Positions 9,282 through 18,727 are shown, counted from the first letter of the stretch. The stretch is 50,464 nucleotides of DNA from Lachnospiraceae bacterium (GCA_017470735.1 JAFUYB010000053.1:1-50464); one strand, 5' to 3'. The notes: generated from the letters alone by a model not told the origin. A program made the numbers and translations.

Positions 9282-10043
9282 CCCACGCAGTCTGCGGAAA
9301 AGTTTGATCCGTCCAGCTATATTCTTTGAATGTATATAAAATAGAGCTTAATAAAGGTTTGATTTACATCTGGACAGCAATACAAAGAGATGTTCTACTA
9401 GGTCTGTGATGTATTTGGGAATCAAGTCCGATTATGATTTGGAGATTATGAAGGCTGGAGAAGATCTGTTTGATATCAATATCCTCCAATGACGCGCCAT
9501 TTTTATATTTTCGGGTCATGGGATTATAAAACAGGGTTTTATAACCGCCAATCTGTGCATAATTATGAGATGTCCTTGAGCACGGAAAAAGCAATATTTC
9601 TGTCAGTTACGACCAAACCTTTTATTTTCAGCTAGATTTGTAATTTGATTTTCATAACTAAAGAAAGTATCTGCCATAAATTCACCATTGCTTTCAAAAA
9701 GAAAGAGACCTACAGGCCTCCTTCCCGGTCGCAGGCATCTCGAGTTTCTGCAACCTGATCACTTCAAACATTCTATGATATATCGCCATTTGTGTCAATA
9801 GAATTATTATAGTCGCCAGGGTTCTTTCTCATGATTCTTGCAACAGCGATAGTGGAAGAACTTGTTCTTATTAGCACGGATGAGCGTATGAGAAAAGAAG
9901 AATTACAATGCCAAGGTGAATTGCTGAAGGACGGCAGGATGGAAGAATAAAAGCAATTGTATAAAAATAGATATTATAGAAATAGCCTGAGCGGGATGCC
10001 CAGGCTGTTTTTGTGTGGGATATGTTTTGTTTTTACTGTTATG

Positions 10044-10436
10044 TCAGTGTGTAGAAGCTTGTGATATATGTTTTACATCATTCATGGCTAACAGGTAATT
10101 GCAATACTGATTCATGCTGATTCCTTCCCGCTTGGCATTCAGGGAAAGTGAACGGTGGAGACTTTTTGGCATCCGGAGTTTGAATTGTCCGGAATATTCG
10201 ACGGATTCATCTTCGGATGATGGCTCAGCAATGAGAAAGTTATCTTCAATAGCAGCTTTGAGCCAGGCTTTTTTTGCGTCAACGGCATTGGAAATAAGAT
10301 CTTCTATTGTGTCGGCACAGGTCAGACAGCCGGGAAGATCGGGGAATTTTGCGGTGAAGCCACCCTCCTCGTTATCAGGGATGATTTCCATGCGATAAGG
10401 TAATTCCATATAGTAATCAATATTTTTATTCATCAT
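10044..10436 (-). CDS. hicB: HicB-family antitoxin
   Basis: GFTAKFPDLPGCLTCADTIEDLISNAVDAKKAW plus a C-terminal RHH-like segment SGQFKLRMPKSLHRSLSLNAKREGISMNQYC. GAGGA precedes the overlapping ATGATG. Confidence 0.7.
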   Translation of the reverse strand: MMNKNIDYYMELPYRMEIIPDNEEGGFTAKFPDLPGCLTCADTIEDLISNAVDAKKAWLKAAIEDNFLIAEPSSEDESVEYSGQFKLRMPKSLHRSLSLNAKREGISMNQYCNYLLAMNDVKHISQASTH

Positions 10437-10686
10437 TTTCCTCGCTTTCTTCATTTTCTATGATCTTTTTCACTTCTTCCACATAGACACGTTTTATCGG
10501 GTCGTGCTGTGGTATCGTAATCGGAGGCATTCCTTCCTTGCGAAAGGTTTTGTGGCTGCTCCCGCCGGACGGCCCTTTCATGGTATATCCGTAGTAGTCG
10601 AGGATCTTTCGGATTTCTTCGAAGCGGAGACCCTTATCCAAGGATTTTATCCGTTGTAGTAATTTTGCAAATTGTGACATGGTCAC
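10426..10686 (-). CDS. hicA: HicA-family mRNA interferase toxin
   Basis: KGPSGGSSHKTFRKEGMPPITIPQH...VKKII. A TATAAT lies just upstream, and the gene overlaps the hicB start. Confidence 0.65.
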   Translation of the reverse strand: MTMSQFAKLLQRIKSLDKGLRFEEIRKILDYYGYTMKGPSGGSSHKTFRKEGMPPITIPQHDPIKRVYVEEVKKIIENEESEENDE

Positions 10687-10788
10687 ATCCTGAATATCAT
10701 TATAAGTGGTGTCATATACGATGTCAATAGAGGGAATAAAAACAGAAGTTATTGCAAACCGCGCCGAAAAATTCTATAATACAGTATT

Positions 10789-13425
10789 ATGGAGCAGAAG
10801 ACGAATTATCCGGACAACGAAATACTTGAGAATCTGCAGCAGGTCTTTGAGGAGACCCTGTCAGTGTATGCGTTCTGTTATGGCAGACCGTATGTCAGTC
10901 TGCTTTCGCCCCGGGCGGAGGGGAGCATACTGGAATTGGCAGAGCAGGCTGTGTCAAAGGAAGAGCGGCAGCTTCTGGTCGCTTCTTTTTCCGATCATCC
11001 GATTGAGAATATTATCATAGGGGAGAGTGCGCTTTCCTATGCGAAAAACTGTGCAGTGGCGATCCGGGACAACCGGGGCCGCTGCATTGCTGTGTGGATT
11101 TTTGTGGCGTTTTGTTCGGATCTGATGAAGGACGGGGAGCAGACGCTTCTGCCCGAAGGGATCCGTCGGACAACGGAAAAGGACTTCGAGGATTCCATGC
11201 CGATGGTGGAGCGGATGGGGAGCATGTATTTTTCGCTTCATGACCGTGAGGTATCCTTAAACAGCGAAGTCGAGGAGCTTACCGGCGTCAGGAAAGCATT
11301 AGACCGCGAGCGCCGCAGGAACGAAGTGCTCGGGGAAATATTAGAGCTGCTCGAATCGGACCAGGATTTTTCCAAGGTGATCGACAACATTCTTCATATC
11401 GCGGGAGAATATGTCGGAGCGTCGGACGCGAACCTGCTGCGGATGCACCAGAGCACGGGCAGGGTCGATATGATCTGCGAGTGGAAGGCGAACAAGGACG
11501 ACCAGGATCTGATGATGCGGTTTATCAATTTAGAGCCGCGCCAGCTTCCGTTTTTCAATGACAGGCCGTATACGATTTCGTCGGGGGCGTCGCTTCCGAG
11601 GGAGTTCGCGGATTTCTTTGCCAAATACGATATTACCGCAGGCATCTTCTTACCGCTTGAGATCAATGGGCGGGTGTCGATGTATGTCTGCTTTTTGATG
11701 ATCAAAAAGCCCCGGCAGTGGGCGGTGGAGGAGCTGCATTTCTTCAATTCGATCAAACGGGTGATGCAGTCGATCCTGAACCGCCGCATGACCAAAAATT
11801 CGCTGGCCGGATCCTATGCGGCGCTGGATGCGATTTTGGACAACAACGGCTGCGGCATTTGTGTTGCCGTGCCCGGTGAAAAGGACTATCTCTATTCCAA
11901 CGAATTGTTCGGGGAGATGCTTTCCGATGCCAAGGACGCACAGGATTTTGCCAATCTGATCGCGGATGTCAAGGAAGAGACGGCTGAGGTCAAGGAATAT
12001 TTCGCGGAGAGCGCGAAGCGGTGGTTCCATATCCAGATGGCGACGATCAATTGGGTGGACGGGCGCAGGGTGCGGCTATCCACGCTGTTTGAGATCACTG
12101 AGTCCAAGCTGTATCTTGAGCGGATGAAGCGCGCTTCTTATACGGATTATCTGACCGGGCTTTACAACCGCCAGCGGTTTGAGAGCGATTTTGCGATGCT
12201 GATCAAGGATGCGATCCGCGCGGACGAAAGCGGCAGCTTCCTGTATCTGAATCTGGATGATTTCAAGGATATCAATGGCGGTCCGGGGCTTCGCGTCGGT
12301 GACAGCTTATTAAAGGATGCGGCAAAGGCGCTTCTGGCGATCTGCCGTTCCAAAGCGACCTGTTACCGGATCGGCGGTGATGAGTTCGGCATGCTTGTAG
12401 CGTATTCCGAACAAGAGCACGCAAAGCATCTGGTAGAAACGATTCAGCACCGTTTTGAACAGCCGTGGAGGATCGGAGAGGAAGAATATCACTGCACGAT
12501 GAGTCTCGGCGTGGTATCATTCCCGCATGACGGCACAGAGGTGGACGAGCTGATGCAGCGCGCGCAGCTTGCATTATCGATTGCGAAAAAGAACGGACGC
12601 GGGCAGGCAGAATATTACAGCCTTGCGGATGAGGAAGGCAATGCCAAGCGTCTGGAGATGGAAAACGCGATGCGCGATGCCGTCAATGATGGCTGCGGCG
12701 AATTTGAAGTGTACTATCAGCCGCTGATGGACGCGTCTGATCCGAAGCACGGCTGCATCGGGGCGGAGGCTCTGGTGCGCTGGAATTCCAAGGCGCTCGG
12801 TTTTGTCAAGCCCGACGAATTTATTCCGATGGCGGAATATTTGGGGCTGATCGTGCCGATCGGCTGGCATGTGCTCCATCAGGCCTGCCGCAGCTGCAAG
12901 CAGTGGAACGATTTTGGCAACCCTGATTTTACGATCAGCGTGAATCTGTCTGTCGTGCAGCTGATGCAGAGTGATGTCGTGAGCGTGATCCGCAGCATCG
13001 TTGAAGAGACCGGGATCAATCCCAAGCGCCTGATCCTGGAGATCACGGAGAGCGTGGCGATCCACGATATGCAAAAGATCAAGGCAGTCCTGCAGGAGAT
13101 CCGCGATATGGGGATCAGCATCGCGCTGGATGATTTTGGCACGGGCTATTCTTCGCTGAGCCGTCTGAAAGAACTGCCGCTGGATGAGATCAAGATTGAC
13201 AAGAGCTTTGTCGACGGACTGACCGAAGATGAGTTTTCGGATGCGTTCGTTGAGACGGTGACGAATCTCGCCGACACGATCAGTGTCAATGTCGTCGTAG
13301 AGGGCGTTGAGCAGGAAAAGCAGGCGCGGGAGCTTGACAATATGAAGGTCGATATGTTCCAGGGCTATCTGTTTGACAAGCCGTTGACCGAGGAAGAGTT
13401 TGAGAGAAAATATATGCTGAAATAA
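10789..13425 (+). CDS. Bifunctional GGDEF-EAL protein with an N-terminal sensor region (GAF/PAS-like)
   Basis: YTDYLTGLYNRQRF...RIGGDEFGMLV (GGDEF) is followed by EVYYQPLMD...GAEALVRW...DDFGTGYSS (EAL). Confidence 0.85.
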   Translation: MEQKTNYPDNEILENLQQVFEETLSVYAFCYGRPYVSLLSPRAEGSILELAEQAVSKEERQLLVASFSDHPIENIIIGESALSYAKNCAVAIRDNRGRCIAVWIFVAFCSDLMKDGEQTLLPEGIRRTTEKDFEDSMPMVERMGSMYFSLHDREVSLNSEVEELTGVRKALDRERRRNEVLGEILELLESDQDFSKVIDNILHIAGEYVGASDANLLRMHQSTGRVDMICEWKANKDDQDLMMRFINLEPRQLPFFNDRPYTISSGASLPREFADFFAKYDITAGIFLPLEINGRVSMYVCFLMIKKPRQWAVEELHFFNSIKRVMQSILNRRMTKNSLAGSYAALDAILDNNGCGICVAVPGEKDYLYSNELFGEMLSDAKDAQDFANLIADVKEETAEVKEYFAESAKRWFHIQMATINWVDGRRVRLSTLFEITESKLYLERMKRASYTDYLTGLYNRQRFESDFAMLIKDAIRADESGSFLYLNLDDFKDINGGPGLRVGDSLLKDAAKALLAICRSKATCYRIGGDEFGMLVAYSEQEHAKHLVETIQHRFEQPWRIGEEEYHCTMSLGVVSFPHDGTEVDELMQRAQLALSIAKKNGRGQAEYYSLADEEGNAKRLEMENAMRDAVNDGCGEFEVYYQPLMDASDPKHGCIGAEALVRWNSKALGFVKPDEFIPMAEYLGLIVPIGWHVLHQACRSCKQWNDFGNPDFTISVNLSVVQLMQSDVVSVIRSIVEETGINPKRLILEITESVAIHDMQKIKAVLQEIRDMGISIALDDFGTGYSSLSRLKELPLDEIKIDKSFVDGLTEDEFSDAFVETVTNLADTISVNVVVEGVEQEKQARELDNMKVDMFQGYLFDKPLTEEEFERKYMLK

Positions 13426-13483
13426 TAAGTCATGCAAAATGCATCAGTATTTTTGAGATTTGTTGTTTTGACGGCATAACTCC

Positions 13484-16400
13484 TTATTTCAGATCTTCCA
13501 CCTCAAAACTTACCTCATACTCCTTCGACTGCGGCCATTCCGCCACAATTTTTTCTATGAGTGCAGTGCGGTCTGAATCTTTATTGCCTGTCAGTATCGC
13601 CAAATATTCACAATCCCCATTCCGTGACACGATATCGCTGGAACCAAGCGACAGCGTCAGATGCTCAAAAAAGCTGTCCGCGTCTGCGGGCAAAACGGAT
13701 GAGCCGTCACCCTTTGGCACGATCACGAACCGGACGAACAGCACATGCATCGGATGTGCCTGCGAGAAGCGGACGAAAAAGCGGTAGATCACGCCGAGCT
13801 TTTCAAAACTGAGCGTGTAGGCTCCTTTGTCGACATTCCGCTCGCCGAGGATCATGCGTAGGTTTGACAGACTGGCGATGTCCGCCTTTTCCGACGCGGC
13901 ATTGGAAGCGGAGCCTTTGCGGTAAAAGGCATAGCCGTGCTTGCCGTTCTGCTTGACATTGTAAAGCGCCTTGTCCGCTTTCTGGTAGAGCGAGGTAAAA
14001 TCTGCCCCGCCATCCGGCACGCGCACCGCGCCGATCGAGGTGCCGAGGGGGATGTTCATGTCGTCGCCCATATAGGAGCGGGCGGACAGCACAAGCTCAT
14101 CGTTGATATAGCGGGCAATGTCCGCAACTTTCTGTTCTTCAACGTTTCCATGGAGAAAAGCGATAAACTCGTCGCCGCCCATGCGCCCTGCGAGGTCGTC
14201 AGGCTGGATGGATGCTTTGATCAGTTCGGAAAAGCAGATCAGGATCCAGTCGCCCATATCGTGTCCGTAAATGTCATTGACCAGCTTGAAGCTGTCGAGA
14301 TCGAGCATCATCAGGACTCCTGCGCTGCCATCGGCACAGAGCCTGCCGATCTCGCTTTCGGAAGCCGCTTTGTTCAGCAGTCCGGTCATTGCGTCGGTCG
14401 TCACCCGCTGCTGCAGACCGCGGACGCGCTCGGCGTGCTTCTGCAATTCACGGATCAGCCACACGAAGAATGAGAAAAACAGCAGGATCACAAAGAGCAG
14501 GTACGCCTTGAAATAAAACCGCTCAAACAGCTGGGATTCTTTCTCGACAGAAAAGCTCTCTTCCCGCGTCACTTCGCCGGTCGTCTCATCCAAAAGCTGC
14601 ACATGAAGCTTGTAATCCCCATAGGGCAGATTGGTGTAATCGAGAGGCTTCAGTTCGTTCTGATAGCAGGTAATGCCGGTGTCCTCGGCGCCTTCCAGAT
14701 AGATGTGGATCAGCGGATTGGACATTGTAAAATTCAGCACCGCGACCTGGATCTGGATTCTGCCTGAGACTGCGGGGATATGGAATGTGCCGTTGGTTTC
14801 AGGCACGGCCTTCCCAGCCGCTAAAATCGAGCTGACCCGGATCTGGTAGTCGTCGTTGAACGCATTGTAATCCACTGTGGAGATCCGCCGCACGCCGTCG
14901 GTGCAGCAGAGGTAGAGCAAGTCGTCTTCGGCGGCGTTCCAGGCGTTTGCGGTCAGGGTCGTAAAGAACCCGCGGGAGCGGTTTAGCAGCACATAGAGAT
15001 AATCTTTTTTATCGGCCAGCAGATCATTTTCCCGCACCAGATAAATGCCTGCGGAGGAACAGATCCACGCGATCCCGTCATCGGTGATGTGGATATCGTA
15101 ATTGTTGCTGTACGGGAAATTGGAAAGCTTTTTGATCTCACGCCGGTTGTCGTGGTAAATCGCGTTGCTGGTCACATACAGATACCCGTCCTTGCACTTG
15201 ATGATCCGCAGGACGACAAGCGTGTCCAGGCCATTTTTGCTGTCAATCGTGCCCGCGACCTTGTCATCCCGGATGATAAAAATACCTCCGCCGTCAGATG
15301 CCGCAAGGATGCTGCCGTCGTCGCGCTCCATCATCGAAAGGATCTGCGGTGTCGAAAGGCCGTCCGCTTCGCCGATGGCCTGCTTTACTTTTCCGTTTTT
15401 AATGAAATTGATCCCGGAAACGCTCGCTGCGGCAATCCGTCCGTCCGACAGCTCGATCGCCAGGCGGAACTCTCCGCCGACCGTGCCGTTTTTTTCATTA
15501 TAAGTCGTGATATCGCCGTCGGGAGCGATCTGCGCCAGGCCGTCCGGACCGTAGCTGCTGACCCAGATATTGCCCTTGCTGTCTTCCGTAATATGGCGGA
15601 TCCGCACATGCTCAAAGCGGGAGAGCCAGTCAAAGGATTCTTTGCGGTAAGAGGACAGATTTATCGCTTCCAGCCCGTCGTTTGTGGCAATGTAAAGGAT
15701 GCCGTTTCGCACGAGCAGGCTGTTGACAACGCTTGCGTTAAGACCAGCTTTTTTGAAAATGTCTTCGAACGGATTCCAGGAGTAACGGAGGATGCCCTGC
15801 TTGTTGGATGCGAACCAGATATTGCCCTGGTAATCCACGATCACATCGGAAATCGAGCTATCAAAGCCCGTGACAGTCAGGGCAGTCGGCTGAGCGGTCT
15901 TGCCGTCCCAAAAACCGAATCCGCTTTCACAGCAGAAAAAGAAACCGCCGGCATCGGCATTGTAGATCAGGTCGTTGAAAAAGGAGGCGGGCGAAAAAGA
16001 TACGCGTGCGCCCTTGACGATTCTTTCACCTTCGAGCGTGATATTGATCGCGTAGGATGAAGTCGTCCCGACCAGATAATGATTTCCGCCGTCGCAGGCA
16101 ACAGCGCGGTAATCGATGCCGTCTTCTTTGTGCAGTGTCGTTTTTTTGATGAGCCTGCCGTCCTTTATGAAAAATAATGTGCCCGAACCGGATACGCCCG
16201 CGATCGTGCCGTCCTCATTTTCGGCAAACGAGTGAACACCGCTCATATCCGTCCATTTGTCAAAGGTCTCCACCGTGCCGTCGGGATGAACGACCGACAG
16301 CAGGGCGACCGTTCCGACATAGATGTCGCCGTTTTTGTCTTCGCAGATGGCGCGGATCGCATTGGCGGCAAGTCCGTCTTCGGTCGTGTAAAATGTAATC

Positions 16401-17380
16401 TGTCCGGTCTTCGGATCGTAGCAGGCGATGCCGCTGTCATTGGTTCCGATCCACAGGCGGTCGTGGGAATCGACATACATTTGCATGACATTGTTGATGC
16501 GCTCGTCCAGATCAGGCTTTGTGAAAACAGACCCGTCATAACGGTAAAGTCCCGAATAAGTGCCCGCCCAGATAAAGCCGTCGGAAGTCTGCGCGATCGC
16601 GTTGATCTCAGCGGAATCCAGACCGTCGTCGGTATTGTAGGTGACCGCGGCGTATTCCGTGGCGTAATCCGCGGCATATACGGTATCCGTCTGATGGAAC
16701 AGCAAAAATGTCCCGAAAAGCGGAATGATAACGGCGGTCAGGGCCGATATGGATTTTATGCGCGTCAAAAGCCGCTTGAAGCATTCGATCAGCCCGCAGG
16801 CAATGATAATGGAAAACGCCTTGTCGGGCATATCGACAAAGGCTTCGCCTAAGATACTGTAAATCAGGGGAACACGGATATCGCCGGAGATCATATCGAT
16901 CAGGGCATCGCCCCAGATATTGCCGGTGTAGCCATCGTAGAGAATGATATTGAGCACTGTGGAAAGGATCACGCTGACCAGTCCCGCCAGCATAGCGGTA
17001 GAAATCACCGTAAATGCTTCCCGGGTGCGGTTCCGCGGAAAGAAGATGCCGACCACGAGCCCGACGCCGGCGCTGACGATGATATAATATAAAGAAGAAA
17101 AATCATCCATCCCGCGCAGAATGCTGCACGCGCCCCCGGCGATCATGCCTGCGGCGGGGCCGAGCTGGATCGCCGCAATAAAGGTGCCGATGCAGTCGAG
17201 CCAGAACGGAAGCGACAGCCTTTCTGCCAGCTTGCTGCCGCCATAGTTGATCATCACACAAAAAATGACCAGCAGGATATTTGCGCGACCCGCCGGGAAG
17301 CTCCGGCGTATCTTCAGATGGGTCAGTTTTTGTAAGGATTCCGTCAGCATGGCGCTCGTTCCTTTCAAAAGGATATACAA
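13484..17380 (-). CDS. Large sensor diguanylate cyclase: N-terminal polytopic membrane domain, periplasmic beta-propeller repeats (two-component-regulator propeller / Y_Y_Y type), TM, GGDEF, and a ~200-aa C-terminal domain of unknown function
   Basis: Repeats such as DGFIWAGTYSGLYRYDG and DRLWIGTNDSGIACYDPKTGQ, then TGLLNKAASESE...RMGGDEFIAF. There are multiple hydrophobic helices in the first 210 aa. Confidence 0.8.
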   Translation of the reverse strand: MYILLKGTSAMLTESLQKLTHLKIRRSFPAGRANILLVIFCVMINYGGSKLAERLSLPFWLDCIGTFIAAIQLGPAAGMIAGGACSILRGMDDFSSLYYIIVSAGVGLVVGIFFPRNRTREAFTVISTAMLAGLVSVILSTVLNIILYDGYTGNIWGDALIDMISGDIRVPLIYSILGEAFVDMPDKAFSIIIACGLIECFKRLLTRIKSISALTAVIIPLFGTFLLFHQTDTVYAADYATEYAAVTYNTDDGLDSAEINAIAQTSDGFIWAGTYSGLYRYDGSVFTKPDLDERINNVMQMYVDSHDRLWIGTNDSGIACYDPKTGQITFYTTEDGLAANAIRAICEDKNGDIYVGTVALLSVVHPDGTVETFDKWTDMSGVHSFAENEDGTIAGVSGSGTLFFIKDGRLIKKTTLHKEDGIDYRAVACDGGNHYLVGTTSSYAINITLEGERIVKGARVSFSPASFFNDLIYNADAGGFFFCCESGFGFWDGKTAQPTALTVTGFDSSISDVIVDYQGNIWFASNKQGILRYSWNPFEDIFKKAGLNASVVNSLLVRNGILYIATNDGLEAINLSSYRKESFDWLSRFEHVRIRHITEDSKGNIWVSSYGPDGLAQIAPDGDITTYNEKNGTVGGEFRLAIELSDGRIAAASVSGINFIKNGKVKQAIGEADGLSTPQILSMMERDDGSILAASDGGGIFIIRDDKVAGTIDSKNGLDTLVVLRIIKCKDGYLYVTSNAIYHDNRREIKKLSNFPYSNNYDIHITDDGIAWICSSAGIYLVRENDLLADKKDYLYVLLNRSRGFFTTLTANAWNAAEDDLLYLCCTDGVRRISTVDYNAFNDDYQIRVSSILAAGKAVPETNGTFHIPAVSGRIQIQVAVLNFTMSNPLIHIYLEGAEDTGITCYQNELKPLDYTNLPYGDYKLHVQLLDETTGEVTREESFSVEKESQLFERFYFKAYLLFVILLFFSFFVWLIRELQKHAERVRGLQQRVTTDAMTGLLNKAASESEIGRLCADGSAGVLMMLDLDSFKLVNDIYGHDMGDWILICFSELIKASIQPDDLAGRMGGDEFIAFLHGNVEEQKVADIARYINDELVLSARSYMGDDMNIPLGTSIGAVRVPDGGADFTSLYQKADKALYNVKQNGKHGYAFYRKGSASNAASEKADIASLSNLRMILGERNVDKGAYTLSFEKLGVIYRFFVRFSQAHPMHVLFVRFVIVPKGDGSSVLPADADSFFEHLTLSLGSSDIVSRNGDCEYLAILTGNKDSDRTALIEKIVAEWPQSKEYEVSFEVEDLK

Positions 17381-17548
17381 AATGTTTTTATCAGTTTAGC
17401 ATATCAGGGGAATGGTCTGCAATAGATATTATTTGGGTTTCCGGGATGGATGTGTTATACTGATCCTGGTGCTGCCAAAGACGGTAGGCGGTTAGCCCCA
17501 TTCTGAACGAAAGGAGGTAAAAATCCAATCGGAAAGGTGGGGATGCGT

Positions 17549-17635
17549 ATGGTGACATGGAATGAGTTGATCCAGTTCGTGATCATGCTCGCCGCAGTTG
17601 CGACGCTTGCTTATATTATAGGCAAAAGAAAATGA
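17549..17635 (+). CDS. 28-aa hydrophobic peptide MVTWNELIQFVIMLAAVATLAYIIGKRK
   Basis: Below the ORF-track cutoff. AGGTGGGG RBS about 8 nt upstream. A single TM helix with a basic C-terminus. A hairpin terminator follows immediately. Confidence 0.35.
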   Translation: MVTWNELIQFVIMLAAVATLAYIIGKRK

Positions 17636-17665
17636 CCGCCCTCAGCCAAGGTTTGCGGTCATTTT
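17633..17665 (+). terminator. Rho-independent terminator after the small peptide gene
   Basis: tGACCGC..14 nt..GCGGTCa followed by TTTT. Confidence 0.45.
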
Positions 17666-17773
17666 AACCAAAACTTTGGGCTAACCGTCTACTACGGCAG
17701 CACCGTTTATAATATAGCATGGATGGGGAGAAAATGCAATGTGATTGGCGCAATCTGGCAACATTAATATATG

Positions 17774-18202
17774 TCATATGTGCTGGGAGGATATATCGTC
17801 AACCGTTACGCAGGAAATTTCCGAGAACTGCCGGAGCTGCTTGTCGTTCGTGAGGAAGAGGTCGCAGCCGGCGATAACCGCTGTCGCAAGCTGCAGGGAG
17901 TCCATGCCCTTGAAACTGAGGTATTCTGCACGGATTCGAGCTGCTTTTTCAGCAATAGGGCGGTCTATGCTCATTACATTAATGCACATTGTCGTGATGA
18001 AATGATTAAACGCGTCAATCAAGGCCAGATCGTCGTTACGATATGGCAGAGGGAAATACTCCGCGATGGTTGCCACGGAGGTGACAAATTCAGCATTCGA
18101 ATGCTCTGTGAAGAATTGTGCCATAATGCCATAAAAAGATTCGCTTTTCTCTAAAAAATAGATCAGCGGCGAAGTGTCGAGGAATATTTTAGAATCGGTC
18201 AT
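17774..18202 (-). CDS. vapC: PIN-domain toxin (VapC-like)
   Basis: IFLDTSPLIYFL...LTNDKQL. The gene overlaps the upstream antitoxin gene by 14 nt. Confidence 0.65.
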   Translation of the reverse strand: MTDSKIFLDTSPLIYFLEKSESFYGIMAQFFTEHSNAEFVTSVATIAEYFPLPYRNDDLALIDAFNHFITTMCINVMSIDRPIAEKAARIRAEYLSFKGMDSLQLATAVIAGCDLFLTNDKQLRQFSEISCVTVDDISSQHI

Positions 18203-18425
18203 TGTCGCGCATCTCCTTTATGTAACTGTCAATTTCTTCGGCTGTCCTTCCGGTTGGTTTTGCATTGGCGCTATGCCATGCAAGGTATTCCGTGCGCTGG
18301 TCGGCAACGGATAATTCCTTCGTTGGTTCGTTGATGATAATTGTCACGGTCCGTCCGCTGAACGGACGGAGGTCATCCGATACAATGGAGTTTCCCTGTA
18401 TCCTGCCCTGCAATGCTGCTAACAT
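18189..18425 (-). CDS. MazE/AbrB-fold antitoxin (VapB-like)
   Basis: QGRIQGNSIVSDDLRPFSGRTVTIIINE fits the swapped-hairpin (W/Q)GNSxAVRIP...GDxV pattern. Direct repeats TTGACTACCA x2 lie in its promoter region. Confidence 0.5.
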   Translation of the reverse strand: MLAALQGRIQGNSIVSDDLRPFSGRTVTIIINEPTKELSVADQRTEYLAWHSANAKPTGRTAEEIDSYIKEMRDNDRF

Positions 18426-18643
18426 ATTTTCTCCTTTCGTTGCTTTAGAAGCCCTGTGAGCCGTTTTGGCTGCCTTGGGGTATTATTTTTGACTACCACT
18501 TTGACTACCAGCAGGGGTAAAAAAGGGGGTGTTTCGGCGAATTATGATAAACTTCAATAAAAGGGGTGTGGGTACTGTGAAGCCAGTGCTTACAATGGTT
18601 AGCGGTACTTATATGAACGATGGTAAACATTGGCAAATAAAAA

Positions 18644-18727
18644 TGCGGAGGATGGGACTTGAACCCACACGACATTGCTGCCACTAGATCCTTAGTCTAG
18701 CTCGTCTGCCAGTTCCGACACCTCCGC
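18644..18727 (-). tRNA. tRNA-Leu (class II, long variable arm); the anticodon loop as read is CUAAGGA, i.e. anticodon AAG
   Basis: Reverse complement is GCGGAGGTGTCGGAACTGGCAGACGAGCTAGACTAAGGATCTAGTGGCAGCAATGTCGTGTGGGTTCAAGTCCCATCCTCCGCA. T-loop is GGTTCAAGTCC. A34 is unusual for bacteria and needs checking. Confidence 0.75.

Noticed and set aside
9364-9594. 76-aa minus-strand ORF
   Set aside because: No RBS or motifs. It lies in an AT-rich spacer and may be a gene remnant at most.
12574-13437. 287-aa minus-strand ORF, plus several 60-130-aa ORFs, inside the GGDEF-EAL gene
   Set aside because: Antisense to a strongly supported CDS in GC-rich DNA. Arg/His-rich composition typical of out-of-frame translation.
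13426-13483. Short palindrome tgcaaaatgca between the convergent GGDEF-EAL and DGC genes
   Set aside because: Only a 4-bp stem. At best a weak bidirectional terminator, so not reported as a feature.
15089-16060. 323-aa plus-strand ORF inside the sensor DGC gene
   Set aside because: Antisense to a 1298-aa gene with clear domains. Composition Arg/Ala/Val-rich with no motifs.
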